A DNA stretch of 64,000 bases from Haliotis cracherodii (taxonomy: Eukaryota), in the NCBI RefSeq assembly GCF_022045235.1, contig NW_027266266.1, forward strand, positions 28,024,001-28,088,000, read 5' to 3'. The position numbers and the translations under genes were made by a program. Below the pieces are notes generated by a model. That model saw only the letters and a list, made by a program, of their open reading frames with translations. It did no database searches and was not told where the DNA came from. Numbering within the stretch: the stretch's first letter is position 1; the number at the start of each line of letters is the position of its first letter. Of this stretch, positions 1 through 11,825 are shown piece by piece.

Positions 1-1525
1 CATCACGATAAGGAAACCTTGGCCATGTTGGTTGTCACACCCACTACTTATCACGATAAGGAAACCTTGGACATGTTGGCTGTCACACCCACCTCTCATC
101 ACGATTAGGAAACCTTGGACATGTTGGCTGTCACACCCACCTCTCATCACGATTAGGAAACCTTGGCCATGTTGGCTGTCACACCCAACTCTCATCAGGA
201 TAAGAATACCTTAGCCATGTTGGCTGTCACACCCACCTCTCATCACGATTAGGAAACCTTAGCCATGTTGGCTGTCACACCCACCACTCATCACGATAAG
301 GAAACCTTGGCCATGTTGGCTGTCACACCCACATCTCATCACAATGAAGAAAGCTTGGACATATGGGCTGTCACACCCACCTCTCATCACGATAAGGATA
401 TCTTAGCCATGTTGGCTGTCACACCCACCTCTCATCACGATAAGGAAACCTTGGCCATGTTGGCTGTCACACCCACCACTCATCACGATAAGCAAACCTT
501 GGACATAATGGCTGTCACACAAACCACTCATCACGATAAGGAAACCTTGGCCATGTTGGCTGTCACACCCACATCTCATCACGATTAGGAAACCTTGGAC
601 ATGTTGGCTGTCACACCCACCTCTCATCACGATTAGGAAACCTTGGACATGTTGGCTGTCACTCCCACCACTCATCACGATAAGGAAACCCTGGCCATGT
701 TGGCTGTCACACCCTCACTCATCCACTAAGAAACCTTGGCCATGTTGGCTGTCACACCAACATCTCATCACGATTAGGAAACCTTGGCCCTGTTGGCTGT
801 CCCACCAACCAGTCATCACGATAAGAAAACCTTGGCCACGTTGGCTGTCACACCCACATCTCATAACGATTAGGAAACCTTGGACATCTTGGCTGTCACA
901 CCCACATCTCATCACGATAAGGAAACCTTGGCCATGTTGGCTGTCACACCAACATCTCATCACGATAAGGAAGCCTTGGCCATGATGGCTGTCACACCCA
1001 CCACTCATCATGATTAGGAAACCTTGGACATGTTCGCTGTCACACCCACCACTCATCACGATTAGGAAAGCTTGGCCATGTCGGCTGTCACACCCACCAC
1101 TCATCACAATAAGGAAACCTTGGCCATGTTGGCTGTCACACCAACCACTCATCACGATAAGGAAACCTTGGCCATGTTGGCTGTCACATTCACCAGTCAT
1201 CACGATAAGGAAACCTTGGCCATGTTGGTTGTCACACCCACTACTTATCACGATAAGGAAACCTTGGACATGTTGGCTGTCACACCCACCTCTCATCACG
1301 ATAAGGAAACCTTGGCCATGTTGGCTGTCACACTCACCAGTCATCACGATAAGGAAACCTTGGCCACGTTGGTTGTCACACCCACTACTTATCACGATAA
1401 GGAAACCTTGGCCATGTTGGCTGTCACACGCACCACTCATCACGATTAGGAAACCTTGGACATGTTGGCTGTCACACGCACAATTCATCACGATAAGGAA
1501 ACCTTGGACATGTTGGCTGTCACAC
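1..1525. repeat. 48-bp minisatellite array (runs off the left edge)
   Basis: Unit ~catcacgataaggaaaccttggccatgttggctgtcacacccaccact repeated about 32 times; overlapping ORFs show a 16-aa periodicity. Confidence 0.97.
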
Positions 1526-2116
1526 TTACTTTCCCAGTCATTGCTGCCTCCTCAATAACCTCATCTAACATGCTTCATAGGTCATCCGGCAGCATAATAT
1601 TTATACTACAATGAACATCTTTGACAAGTGATTTATGACATGAATGATAATGGAATTTATTAAATATGTCAACAAAAAATGTTACACAACTCGATACCAA
1701 AATTGCTATTTGTTTATCTTCAATACCAGCACTATAAGTAGCAATACTACTTCTACCATTATGTTAACATATCTCCAATGTCGAATACTAAAATCAAAAT
1801 ACTCCAATCTGCATTTACCAGCTAGCCAACTCCAGCCATTCCACCTGAGTTCTGATGGAGGGGACAGGGTTAAACTCATGCACAGGCAGCCCTTCATGTT
1901 AATACAGCTGCACAGGTAACTCTGCCCGTCTGAGTCCTGTAAACATTGGGCTGGGCAGACACTGGACATGCCATGAATTTATAAACAGTAGGTGTTTACT
2001 GTGTGCCAACATTGTCTGGGTGTCCACCAGTCTGTCACTCCCTTACACTGCTTAATTCACGACTGAGCAGATATAAAACGCATCCTAATGGTTTTTGATG
2101 CCGACTTTCCGTGAGC

Positions 2117-2760
2117 AGTATTAATACAAGCATTCACTTTCAGTGATCCATACCAATAGTATTCCCTTTCTGTAATCAGTATTAATACAAGCATTCACTT
2201 TAAGTGATCCATACCAATAGTATTCCCTTTCTGTAATCAGTAATAATACAGTATTCAATTCAGGTTATCAGTACTGGTAGTATTCAATTCACGTTATCAG
2301 TACGGTAGTATTCAATTCATGTTATCAGTACCGGTAGTATTCAATTCACATTATCAGTAATGGTCGTATTCAATTCATGTTATCAGTATCGGTAGTATTC
2401 AATTCATGTTATCAGTACCGGTAGTATTCAATTCATGTTATCAGTACTGGTAGTATTCAATTCACGTTATCAGTACGGTAGTATTCAATTCATGTTATCA
2501 GTACCGGTAGTATTCAATTCATGTTATCAGTACTGGTAGTATTCAATTCATGTTATCAGTACGGTAGTATTCAATTCATGTTATCAGTACTGGTAGTATT
2601 CAATTCACATTATCAGTAATGTTAGTATTCAATTCATGTTATCAGTACCGGTAGTATTCAATTCTTGTTATCAGTACCGGTAGTATTCAATTCTTGTGAT
2701 TAATACCAGGTGCAGTACTCAATTTATGATCAGTACTAGTAGTATTCAAATGATCAGTAC
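2117..2760. repeat. 29-bp tandem array preceded by a 61-bp duplication
   Basis: gtattcaattcatgttatcagtaccggta repeated about 15 times (2251-2700); related 61-bp unit occurs twice at 2117-2245. Confidence 0.9.
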
Positions 2761-3533
2761 TACATGTAGTAGAACTATTCTCTACGTGTGATCAGTAGTT
2801 GCTATTCACTTCATGGAAGGACTGATCAATGAGAGGGTCTACACTATCACAAACCCATCTCTGGGTGATAGATTTCCACACATGCTTAGTTAATGCCTTC
2901 GGTTTGTAGTGTTGACAGTTCCATCAAGCACTAACTGAATTTAGAAGGATTTATTTACCGACCGTTCAATATTATATAATTGAAACTTGCTTAATCGGGG
3001 GTATTTCTGAATTAGCCTAGAGCTATTCCCAACACCTGTAAGGAGATCGAGACTAGAATCAGTAATATTTTATGTCTATTCTTGGTTATTCCAATATTCA
3101 AAGGATAACCATGATAATGAGTGACTGGGCTAGACCATATGAAGTTATATCAATTTCCATAACTGGAGTTCAATATACAGTATGATTCTTCTAAAAAAAT
3201 GTCATTCTATCTCCTCAAGAGGTGTTCAGAGAAAAGTATCATTTAGATAGGAATCCTAAATCGATCCCTTGTCTGCATAGCAGTGGGCAATTGGCAGAAT
3301 TTCTCCATTTCTGTATATGCCATGATAACTTGACAGCAGCCGGGCAAATGACAAGTGTATGCTAGTATAAAATAACTTAATAATATTTCAAAATCAGAGT
3401 TAACATCCAAACCTCAATCAACTGCAGTGAATTACGTCTGCAGTCCGTTGGCACTGCAAATGTACACAATCCGGACAGTGCAACAAACAAAACATTTCTG
3501 GCGATAACACTGATAACAAGGACAGGGATTTTG

Positions 3534-3650
3534 ATACATCCTCAGTGGTCTAGTGGCTAGAGCATCTGGAAGGTTGGTGGCCTTATCTTACCCAAACATG
3601 CTAAAAGATGGTACTTGTTGTTACCCTGCCTCACCTGTGACACTAACGAG
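3534..3650 (+). mobile_element. Degraded fragment of the V-SINE-like family
   Basis: cctcagtggtctagtggctagagc...aaaagatggtacttgttgttaccctg matches the head and core of the intact copy at 32496-32854. Confidence 0.65.
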
Positions 3651-4007
3651 TGAATCAGAAACACTACACTACATAAAATGCATAAAACAAAATAATCTAT
3701 TAAACAGATCAGTATTACCATTAACAGCTAATTGGCAGTGAGTCTACTCACAATGTGGATGTGTTTACAGATAAAGCAATTGAGAAGATCAAAACTACTG
3801 AATAGCTCTTGACTGTGTTTACAGTTGCAGTGAGTCTACTCACAGTGCAGATGTGTTTACAGATAATCCGCTTGTTTTAGAAGATCAAACTTACTGAAAA
3901 CCTTACTTCAAAAGTGTACGTGATGAAATTACGCCATGCCTTTCAACCTGTAAAGACAAGATCGGAGAACTGGCCCACACTCATCCTGCTGAACCATTAG
4001 AGGTGTA

Positions 4008-4272
4008 GACCCATGAATATCTGGGGTAGAATAGGTCTTCAGCAACCAATGCTTGCTGTAAAAGGCGACTATGCTTGTCGTAAGAGGTGACTAATGGGAT
4101 CGGGTGGTCAGGCTCACTGGCTTGGTTGATGCATGTCATCGTATCCCAATTATGTGGATTGATGCTCATGATATCAGTCACTGGATTGTCTGGTCCATAC
4201 ACAATTATTTACAGACCGCCATCATATAGCTGGAATATTGCTGAGTGCTGTGTTAAACAACAAACAATCAAA
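4008..4272 (+). mobile_element. SINE-like family B copy (no tRNA head), CpG-decayed
   Basis: Homologous to copies at 11060, 13156, 14447 and 30415; ends gctggaatattgctgagtg..gttaaacaacaaacaa. Confidence 0.85.
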
Positions 4273-6539
4273 TAACATTTGAAATGTAAGTAGCTGCATT
4301 CAAGACCAAGCTGATCTATCATGCGATACAGAATTGACACCGCTCCCTACCATCTATGAACATGAGGTGTCAACACTGAGACGTCACCATGAAGTTGTTT
4401 CAGAGGCGTTTCGGTATAGATCCTTATACCATTGTAAAGCAGACAACCGCTTGACAACGTTTTAAAGATCTATACCAAAAGGTCGCCTTTACAGTAATTA
4501 GAGAAGTTGTTATCCTCAAATTGTGTCTACTGTGACCCCATTATTAGCTGAGTTTACTTGACCAATCAGAATTATACTCAACTCGGGCTTTGGACTAGTG
4601 CCTTAAGTCTCAGAATGTGAACAGATTCCCATAAAATGTTTGGAACAATTAAACTCAGTGGACATTTGTGGTGCGTCTGACTACAGTTTTAGGTAAGTGT
4701 GTAGGTCCATGTCGTCAGTGCCTTTAATACTTCAATAAAGGATTACTTTAGTAATTGTTTCCACATGAGGGAAAGACATGATTAGATATTAAAATGTCAA
4801 TTATCAGTCTCACGCACATTTATGTATCTAGGGGCAGCCTCATACTAATGGTGGTCCATTGATTTCTTCCCAATAATGTACATGATGTAGCAGCCCTATT
4901 CATCATGTTCATGACAAACCAACCCTAAAAATAAGACCAATGTTAAATTCAGGAAAAGTATGATATGAGCTACATATTTTTTTAAATATTATACAGTACA
5001 TAAAAAACAATAAGCATTGTGCATGAAAGTGCAGATGTACTTGTCATTAGCCTCGGCCGTTAAAAGTTAAAACTAAAAGGGGTCTCTCAATTCAAATACC
5101 GAACCAACAAACATCAAGGACACCAGGACTCTACTTAAAAAGGAACATTGCCTCTGTGAATTCAAGATTCAGTAAGACACAATGGGAATAATTAATTAAA
5201 TAAAACATGTATATTAAATTATATTATAAAGAAACTACATGTAATGCCAATCCATTATTAAATTGTTCAAATAGCTAGAGGAATGAATCATCCGACTAGC
5301 ACCCTTGGGTGGTTCAATGTCACACAAAACTATCCTTGACGTCAGTGAAAACTGACAAGATGTGAGTGACAATAATTTCTCGTTGCAATATGCAGTTGCC
5401 TGACTTCCTGCACGGTTTATCCCTGACATAGGCAAGAACACTTACATCACTGTGCAGCCTCCACCATCAGGACACTCTACAGTAACACCTATAGTTCAAT
5501 GAGGAGCTCACTACCAAAGACAGGAAGTGAACAAACTGTTGGCTAACGCCTCCAATAAATGTAGATATAACAATATTTAATATCAATATATGATATTTAC
5601 CATATGGAAACACACTCAGCTAATAATCTCTACATCCAGGATTGAAAAAAAATGTGTTTTTTCATTATATTTACAAACATGAAACTGCTGAACTCATTTG
5701 TTTCTGAATAGCACCTTGCAATAATCTCACTAGAACATTCTTATGTAAGAATTGACTTTCACTCTGTGTGAGTTCATTGCAGTATCAACCTTCATTGAGT
5801 GAGGGCCAAACTGTAGGAACACCAGAGTTTGCACCAGATGACATGAGCATATGTATTTTCATACTGTTCCACAGCAAAAATGTTTGGTAGTTTGGTTGCA
5901 TCAAATATAAGTAAATAACATTGTCATTAGATGAGGAAAGTCTGAAAAGAACTACCACTGACTCAGTCATGGTGACAGAGCGTCATAATACACTTACCAT
6001 ATTCGATGTCATAAGCGCCCGCTCTAATAAGAGCCCACAGCAATATTTGCTAATATTGGCAAGTGAACAATCCCGATTAGCACCCCTTCCGATTGAACAA
6101 TGTACGCAAGACTTAAATTTATTTGTGTGTAATATGCACTCATGTGTTATATGCACCCTTAGTTATGGGCAATTACATTCTGGAAAAATATATCTGTCGT
6201 ATATAAACATTTCAGGCTGTCATTAAAACCACAAAATTTAAAATCTTTCAACTCTGTTTTTTTCACCAAACTAATAATCTAATAACAACCCCCCATTTCT
6301 AATTTTGACAGTGCCCTGATAGCTTATTATGTAGAATACGGTACTTCAAATACTGGACATCACAATGAGGATAGTGATGGGGGACATTTCTGGTGTTGTC
6401 AATGAACGTGTGGTGATAATGTGTCAGTCATCACTGATCCTTTTGCTGGTCATTCAGAAGTGATCATAAAGATGTGCCAATAGATACTGAACAGGCTGAA
6501 GTAAGTTCTACATTGATGTAGAATGTTGATGACTGTTAC

Positions 6540-6770
6540 CGTCCATAGTTTGGACGTGCATTTATTCCTTTTGTCCACTGGGATGGGTCGTAGCAAGGAT
6601 ATTTTCGCTCACAAGCCAACAGTTAAAAACTCTGACTCTTTCCACTATATGTGAAAATGCTGAGCTCAAGATTACAATGTCAAAATGATCAGAAACAATG
6701 CTTTTGTGTTTATTCATGATTGGGAATTCCCAGGGGCTTACCCAGGAATACAGAATGAACATCAGTTTTG
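6540..6770. repeat. Old dispersed repeat (family D), copy 1
   Basis: Collinear similarity to 20510-20740 (atagtttgga.gtgcattt...ggatggg.cgtagc.aggat...ttcccagggg). Confidence 0.7.
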
Positions 6771-6962
6771 TGATCATGTGACCAGCCTCTAATCCAAACA
6801 GCTATGTATAGTGTAAATTTGTTATTAAAAGATTATTGAATATACAACTGTAACATTTCACAAATATTGTGACTAAGTGTAACCCACATTGCCAACTCTT
6901 TCTTGCCTTGTGGTTGGGAAATAATTTTGAAATTGTAATGACAACACTGCACCAGTCTCCTA

Positions 6963-7897
6963 TGATGCTAGCTGCTGCAAGACTGGACTACCACTGATGC
7001 TAGCTGCTACAAGACTGGACTACCACTGATGCTAGCTGCTGCAAGACTGGACTACCACTGATGCTAGCTGCTGCAAGACTGGACTACCACTGATGCTAGC
7101 TGCTACAAGACTGGACTACCACTGATGATAGCTGCTACAAGACTGGACTACCACTGATGATAGCTGCTGCAAGACTGGACTACCACTGATGCTAGCTGCT
7201 ACAAGACTGGACTACCACTGATGCTAGCTGCTACAAGGCTGGACTACCACTGATGCTAACTGCTGCAAGACTGGACTACCACTGATGCTAGCTGCTACAA
7301 GACTGGACTACCACTGATGCTAGCAGCTACAAGACTGGACTACCACTGATGCTAGCTGCTGCAAGACTGGACTACCACTGATGCTAGCTGCTACAAGACT
7401 GGACTACCACTGATGCTAGCTGCTACAAGACTGGACTACCACTGATGCTAGCTGCTACAAGACTGGACTACAACTGATGCTAGCTGCTACAAGACTGGAC
7501 TACCACTGATGATAGCTGCTACAAGACTGGACTACCACTGATGCTAGCTGCTACAAGACTGGACTACCACTGATGCTAGCTGCTGCAAGACTGGACTACC
7601 ACTGATGCTAGCTGCTACAAGACTGGACTACCACTGATGCTAGCAGCTACAAGACTGGACTACCACTGATGCTAGCTGCTACAAGACTGGACTACCACTG
7701 ATGCTAGCTGCTACAAGACTGGACTACCACTGATGATAGCTGCTACAAGACTGGACTACCACTGATGCTAGCTGCTACAAGACTGGACTACCACTGATGC
7801 TAGCGACTTCAAGACTGGACTACCACTGATGCTAGCAGCTACAAGACTGGACTACCACTGATGCTAGCAACTTCAAGACTGGACTACCACTGATGCT
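6963..7897. repeat. 32-bp minisatellite
   Basis: actgatgctagctgctacaagactggactacc repeated about 29 times, highly homogeneous. Confidence 0.97.
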
Positions 7898-7917
7898 GCA
7901 CACACAGTACTCCTGCG

Positions 7918-8460
7918 ATTAGTCTTGTCTAGTCAAGTGACCTTCAACATCAGTTAATTTATCAGGATTTCTTTCGATTGATCTTGCTTTGTCTATACCA
8001 AGTATACCATGCAGGGTTTTATGCAACACACAAATGTGCAACAAGTCCACACAAATGTTGAGACTGGACACAGGAAAAGAATATACTGTATCCCAAGGTA
8101 TGCACAATAATATTCATTGAACCTACAGCACATCAAGAGCAGTGATGTTTGTCTGTCATTCCATCCATCAATCATGACTATGGTCAATGATCATTAAGTC
8201 ATTCCAAGGCTCTAAAGTAATTATCAAAACATACAGAACGCTACACCATTTCACATTTCAAATTATTTATTGGACCCCATTTCACATTTCAAATTATTTA
8301 TTGGACCCCAGTTTTGTAAGTCCAAGGTAACACTCTGGCCATGTTATAAGTGTAAACTTATCGGTTCTCAACACTACAATGTTATGTCACAATACTGTAC
8401 AGGGGTGATTGATTCGAGAGTAAAACAATGACCAGTCATTGGTCACTTGCCACTGTGATA
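7918..8460. repeat. Dispersed repeat family C, copy 1
   Basis: tgtctagtca.gtgaccttcaa.atca.ttaatt.atcaggatttcttt and agtaaaacaatg..ca.tca.tggtcacttgccac are both shared with 11605-11825. Confidence 0.7.
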
Positions 8461-9438
8461 AGGGCTTGACATATTGACTGATTCCCTCCACTGTCTTATG
8501 CTGTTCTCAATCCTATATCTAGTCCTGTTACATGCACTAGTGACACTTCCTATATTCCAGCTTGGAATCACTACACATTACACACAGTGACAAATTACAA
8601 TTCACACAGGTGAACCAAGGATCCAAATCAACAAAACTCTGCTAGTAAGACTTGTAAAATTTAAAAAGGTCCAGTGACATTTCCTTGTGGACTACCACTT
8701 TTACCAAAGTTTTTCCTACAGGCCCTGAACCAGAAATATCTGAAAACTTCCAATCAAGTCTACAAAACTTTGCCATGTCAATCTTTTCAGTGTCAGGAAA
8801 ACAATGAGATTCTCTTGGTTCCTTTCTATTATATATTTGGGCTCGTCATTTTTTTCATAGGGTTGCTGGGTCAGAAGTGTTTAATGTACTAAACATATTG
8901 ACCCTCCCCTAAAGCATATATAATTGGATGACCCTCCCCATGTCCATGTACATTTTGTCATGACCTTTCCTGAAAAAGACAAAATGCTAAAGCACTATAT
9001 ATAGTTTATTATAAAGTGTCCATTTTTTCATGACCCTCCAGAAATATGTGTATTGTGGGGGAACCCTTCCCTGATTCCCCCTGACAGACTTCACCTATAA
9101 TAAGAACCGGTCCCTTGAGGGACAATAACAGTACACAAAATGAAAACTTAAACTATTTCCTTTTAAGAGGCCAAATGTTGGTCTACTTTTACCATTACCA
9201 GGATTACAGTATCAGAAATTAAGGGGGTTCCTGTCTGGGGTCCTTGAGGTTTGCTCCTGGAATAGTATTGGAATCCAGGAACCACTCTAATCTTTAACTT
9301 TAATACTAACATGACTAAGGGTAGGTAACCTGGACATTCGTGCTTAATTTAGAACACTGCATTAGTCAAAATAATAAGGAATTCACAACACTGTGAACTG
9401 AATCATCATAGACCACAATTGACATTAATGACGATCTC

Positions 9439-9483
9439 CATGGGCGGATACAGAGGGGGGTCGCGGGGGTGTATCCACCTCTG
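9439..9483. mobile_element. 45-bp micro-MITE
   Basis: Imperfect 14-bp TIRs (catgggcggataca / tgtatccacctctg) flanked by a direct repeat atctc (9434-9438, 9484-9488). Confidence 0.55.
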
Positions 9484-10403
9484 ATCTCACTGACAAGGAA
9501 TCCTTGATTGACAATGTAACATGTTAAATAATTTCATACAATGAGAACTTCTTACAAATCATTTACAGAACCTCACCTAATACCCTGTAACCAATAACTC
9601 AAAACTGAAATCAAGCAAGGCTTAGGACTTGTTATAATCTTATCATCAATACCACACAACCAGCTGATTGCTCCAGCTGATTGCTAGAATGGTAAAGTCA
9701 TTCATGCAGAACAAATGCTCCTGATAAGCTATAACTGTTATGTATTGTGTTGTGTGCAGTCTCCCCTCATAACACGGCAAGTACAATTCGTGACGTCACT
9801 TGTGTTTATATCATAAAGTTAAGGCAAGTTTGTGAATACACAACAAATGCTAGTATTATTATTGTGTATGCCAGTGAAAGAGAGGTATCTTCTTCAGTCT
9901 GCATGTCTACATTCCACTGGTCTATTTTGAGTGTGGTGAAAACATGGAAAGGTGTTTAATTGCAAACGCAGATTGTTTGTGCAGGGGTGGATGGGAGCTG
10001 CAACAGCCACCTATGTGGGGTGATGGTACATTCACTGTCACAGCACTAGGACAACAGCTGATCAACAACTGCAGCTCCACGACTGTCGATGTCGCTTAGC
10101 TATGCATTTCACGCACATTCCCATCTCCATGAAAAGGGAAATTCCTCGACGGAAACGCAGCACTTTCCTCTGAAGCATGAGATATGATGATAGGCTATAC
10201 ACAACAAACACAAACATTGCTGAGTGTAATCTTTCAAACGTTTCTCCCAACTCACACATATCGATTTGGGAGGTGAATTCAACGCTGACGACGTAAGATC
10301 TGGGTCACATCGCGAAACATAATTTCGCGACAGTCACCAACTCACTGCCGGCAACTGTAGCTCATAGCAGCGACAGGCAAGACAATTAGACCCACCTACT
10401 TAC

Positions 10404-10432
10404 CCCGACTCTTGTCTTGGAAGTACATCCAT
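10404..10432 (-). CDS. Probable first coding exon (MDVLPRQESG...) of an unidentified gene running leftwards
   Basis: ATG at 10432 in AGCATGG context, 29 nt, then a strong donor GG|gtaagt; CpG-rich surroundings, CRE upstream, CpG decay downstream. Confidence 0.5.
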
Positions 10433-10539
10433 GCTAGACCGAGCTAGAGCGTATCCACATTGAATGGAAGGTGGTAGGCAGGACCATTTCACTACACACA
10501 GTTTGTGACTTGCAGACCATAACAAATCCGCTTCTCTTC

Positions 10540-10620
10540 CTCCCGCATTGGAGAGTTCCGAATTTCGCGCACTGGGCAGTCGAGCGTGACGTCATAGACT
10601 CGGGATTTGCACCAATATTT
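10540..10620 (-). promoter_or_regulatory. CpG-rich putative promoter with a palindromic CRE (TGACGTCA at 10587-10594)
   Basis: Perfect CRE about 155 bp upstream of the putative ATG; local CpG enrichment from about 10050 to 10610. Confidence 0.45.
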
Positions 10621-11059
10621 TCACATTAATTATGTAAATGTCCACTTTATCCATACAGTATCATGGCAGCACCAAAGCTAAAATGTGTCGTGGTCTCAGT
10701 CTTTTAAAATTCAGCAGGCACATCATTTATCAACCTCCCCTGGTTTCCAGACACTATCCAAACCTCTAGCTAGCTTTAATAGTTTGCTGTTACAACCCAA
10801 GATATATTCATGAAATTACATGTATTTCAAGATAAGGAACTCGAATAAGGCAAAAGTCACTTGTATTTTCTATGACCTTTTCATTGCGGGATTCTAAAAC
10901 TGTAATTCTAAAACTGTAAAAATGTTGTTGTTTTTAAAAGTAATATTCAACGAGCAGACGAGCACAATGAAGGTTACACCATTCACTAGCCTAATGCCTG
11001 GGGTAAGTGAGTTTAATTTTACGTCACTTTTAATATATACATGTCTTTTAAACATAATT

Positions 11060-11291
11060 CCCGTGAAGATCCGGGTTAAAATTGGTCTTCAGCATCCAAT
11101 GCTTGTCGGAAGAGGCGACTAACGGGATCGGATGGACAGGCTCGTTGAATTGGTTGATGCATGTCATTGTATCCCAAATGCTCATGATGTCAGTCACTGG
11201 TTTGTCTGGTCTAGACTCGATTATTTACAGACCGTCGTCATATAGCTGGAATATTGCTGAGTACGGCGTTTAACAACAAACAAACAACCAA
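11060..11291 (+). mobile_element. SINE-like family B copy
   Basis: cccgtgaagatccgggtt...gcttgtcggaagaggcgactaacgggatc...ggcgtttaacaacaaacaaac. Confidence 0.85.
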
Positions 11292-11604
11292 CGTTAAGAA
11301 ACGATCTCTTCATGAAGCCATATACCTCCGTATAAAAACACACAAACATTGTGTTATCTGAGCGTATGCATCTCTAATTTTACTAATACCTATGTCAATA
11401 ATTTTGTATTGAAATAAATGTTCACACCACGCGCGAGTCTGTGTATAAAACAATATAGTGCTCGTCAATGTACGTATAAAACACAATTAGTGTTTGCACT
11501 GCCATTGGTTCAATGTATAAAACAAGTGTTCTCACTGCGATTGGTTCAATGTAAATAAACAATTTAGTGTTCGTACTGCAAGTGGGTAAATGTATATAAA
11601 AAAC

Positions 11605-11825
11605 AGTCCATGTCTAGTCACGTGACCTTCAAGATCAATTAATTGATCAGGATTTCTTTTAACTGATCTTGTTTTAGCAATACCACACCCTGTTATAATA
11701 GTGAATTTACAGTACAAACGTTCAACAATTCTCAACATTCTACAATGTTTATTTTCAATATTGTATATGGTTGATGAATTCGGAAGTAAAACAATGGTCA
11801 ATCACTGGTCACTTGCCACACAGTG
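11605..11825. repeat. Dispersed repeat family C, copy 2
   Basis: Same-orientation homology to 7918-8460. Confidence 0.7.

Noticed and set aside
1-1558. Long repetitive ORFs in the 48-bp array
   Set aside because: Pure translation of a tandem repeat on both strands, with scattered stops in some frames and no splice or domain evidence
4008-4092. Apparent compensatory change cccAt/aTggg versus cccGt/aCggg in family B
   Set aside because: Both changes are explained by CpG deamination in this copy, so they were not counted as covariation evidence
5992-6060. Possible minus-strand exon ending in gtaagt (also near 5440)
   Set aside because: No convincing acceptor or ORF; the sequence at 5995-6030 looks like a repeat terminus and the 5440 candidate has an immediate in-frame stop
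6963-7897. CRISPR-like array (32-bp period; likewise the 26-, 31-, 36- and 61-bp arrays)
   Set aside because: Units are head-to-tail with no unique spacers, there are no cas genes, and the context is eukaryotic
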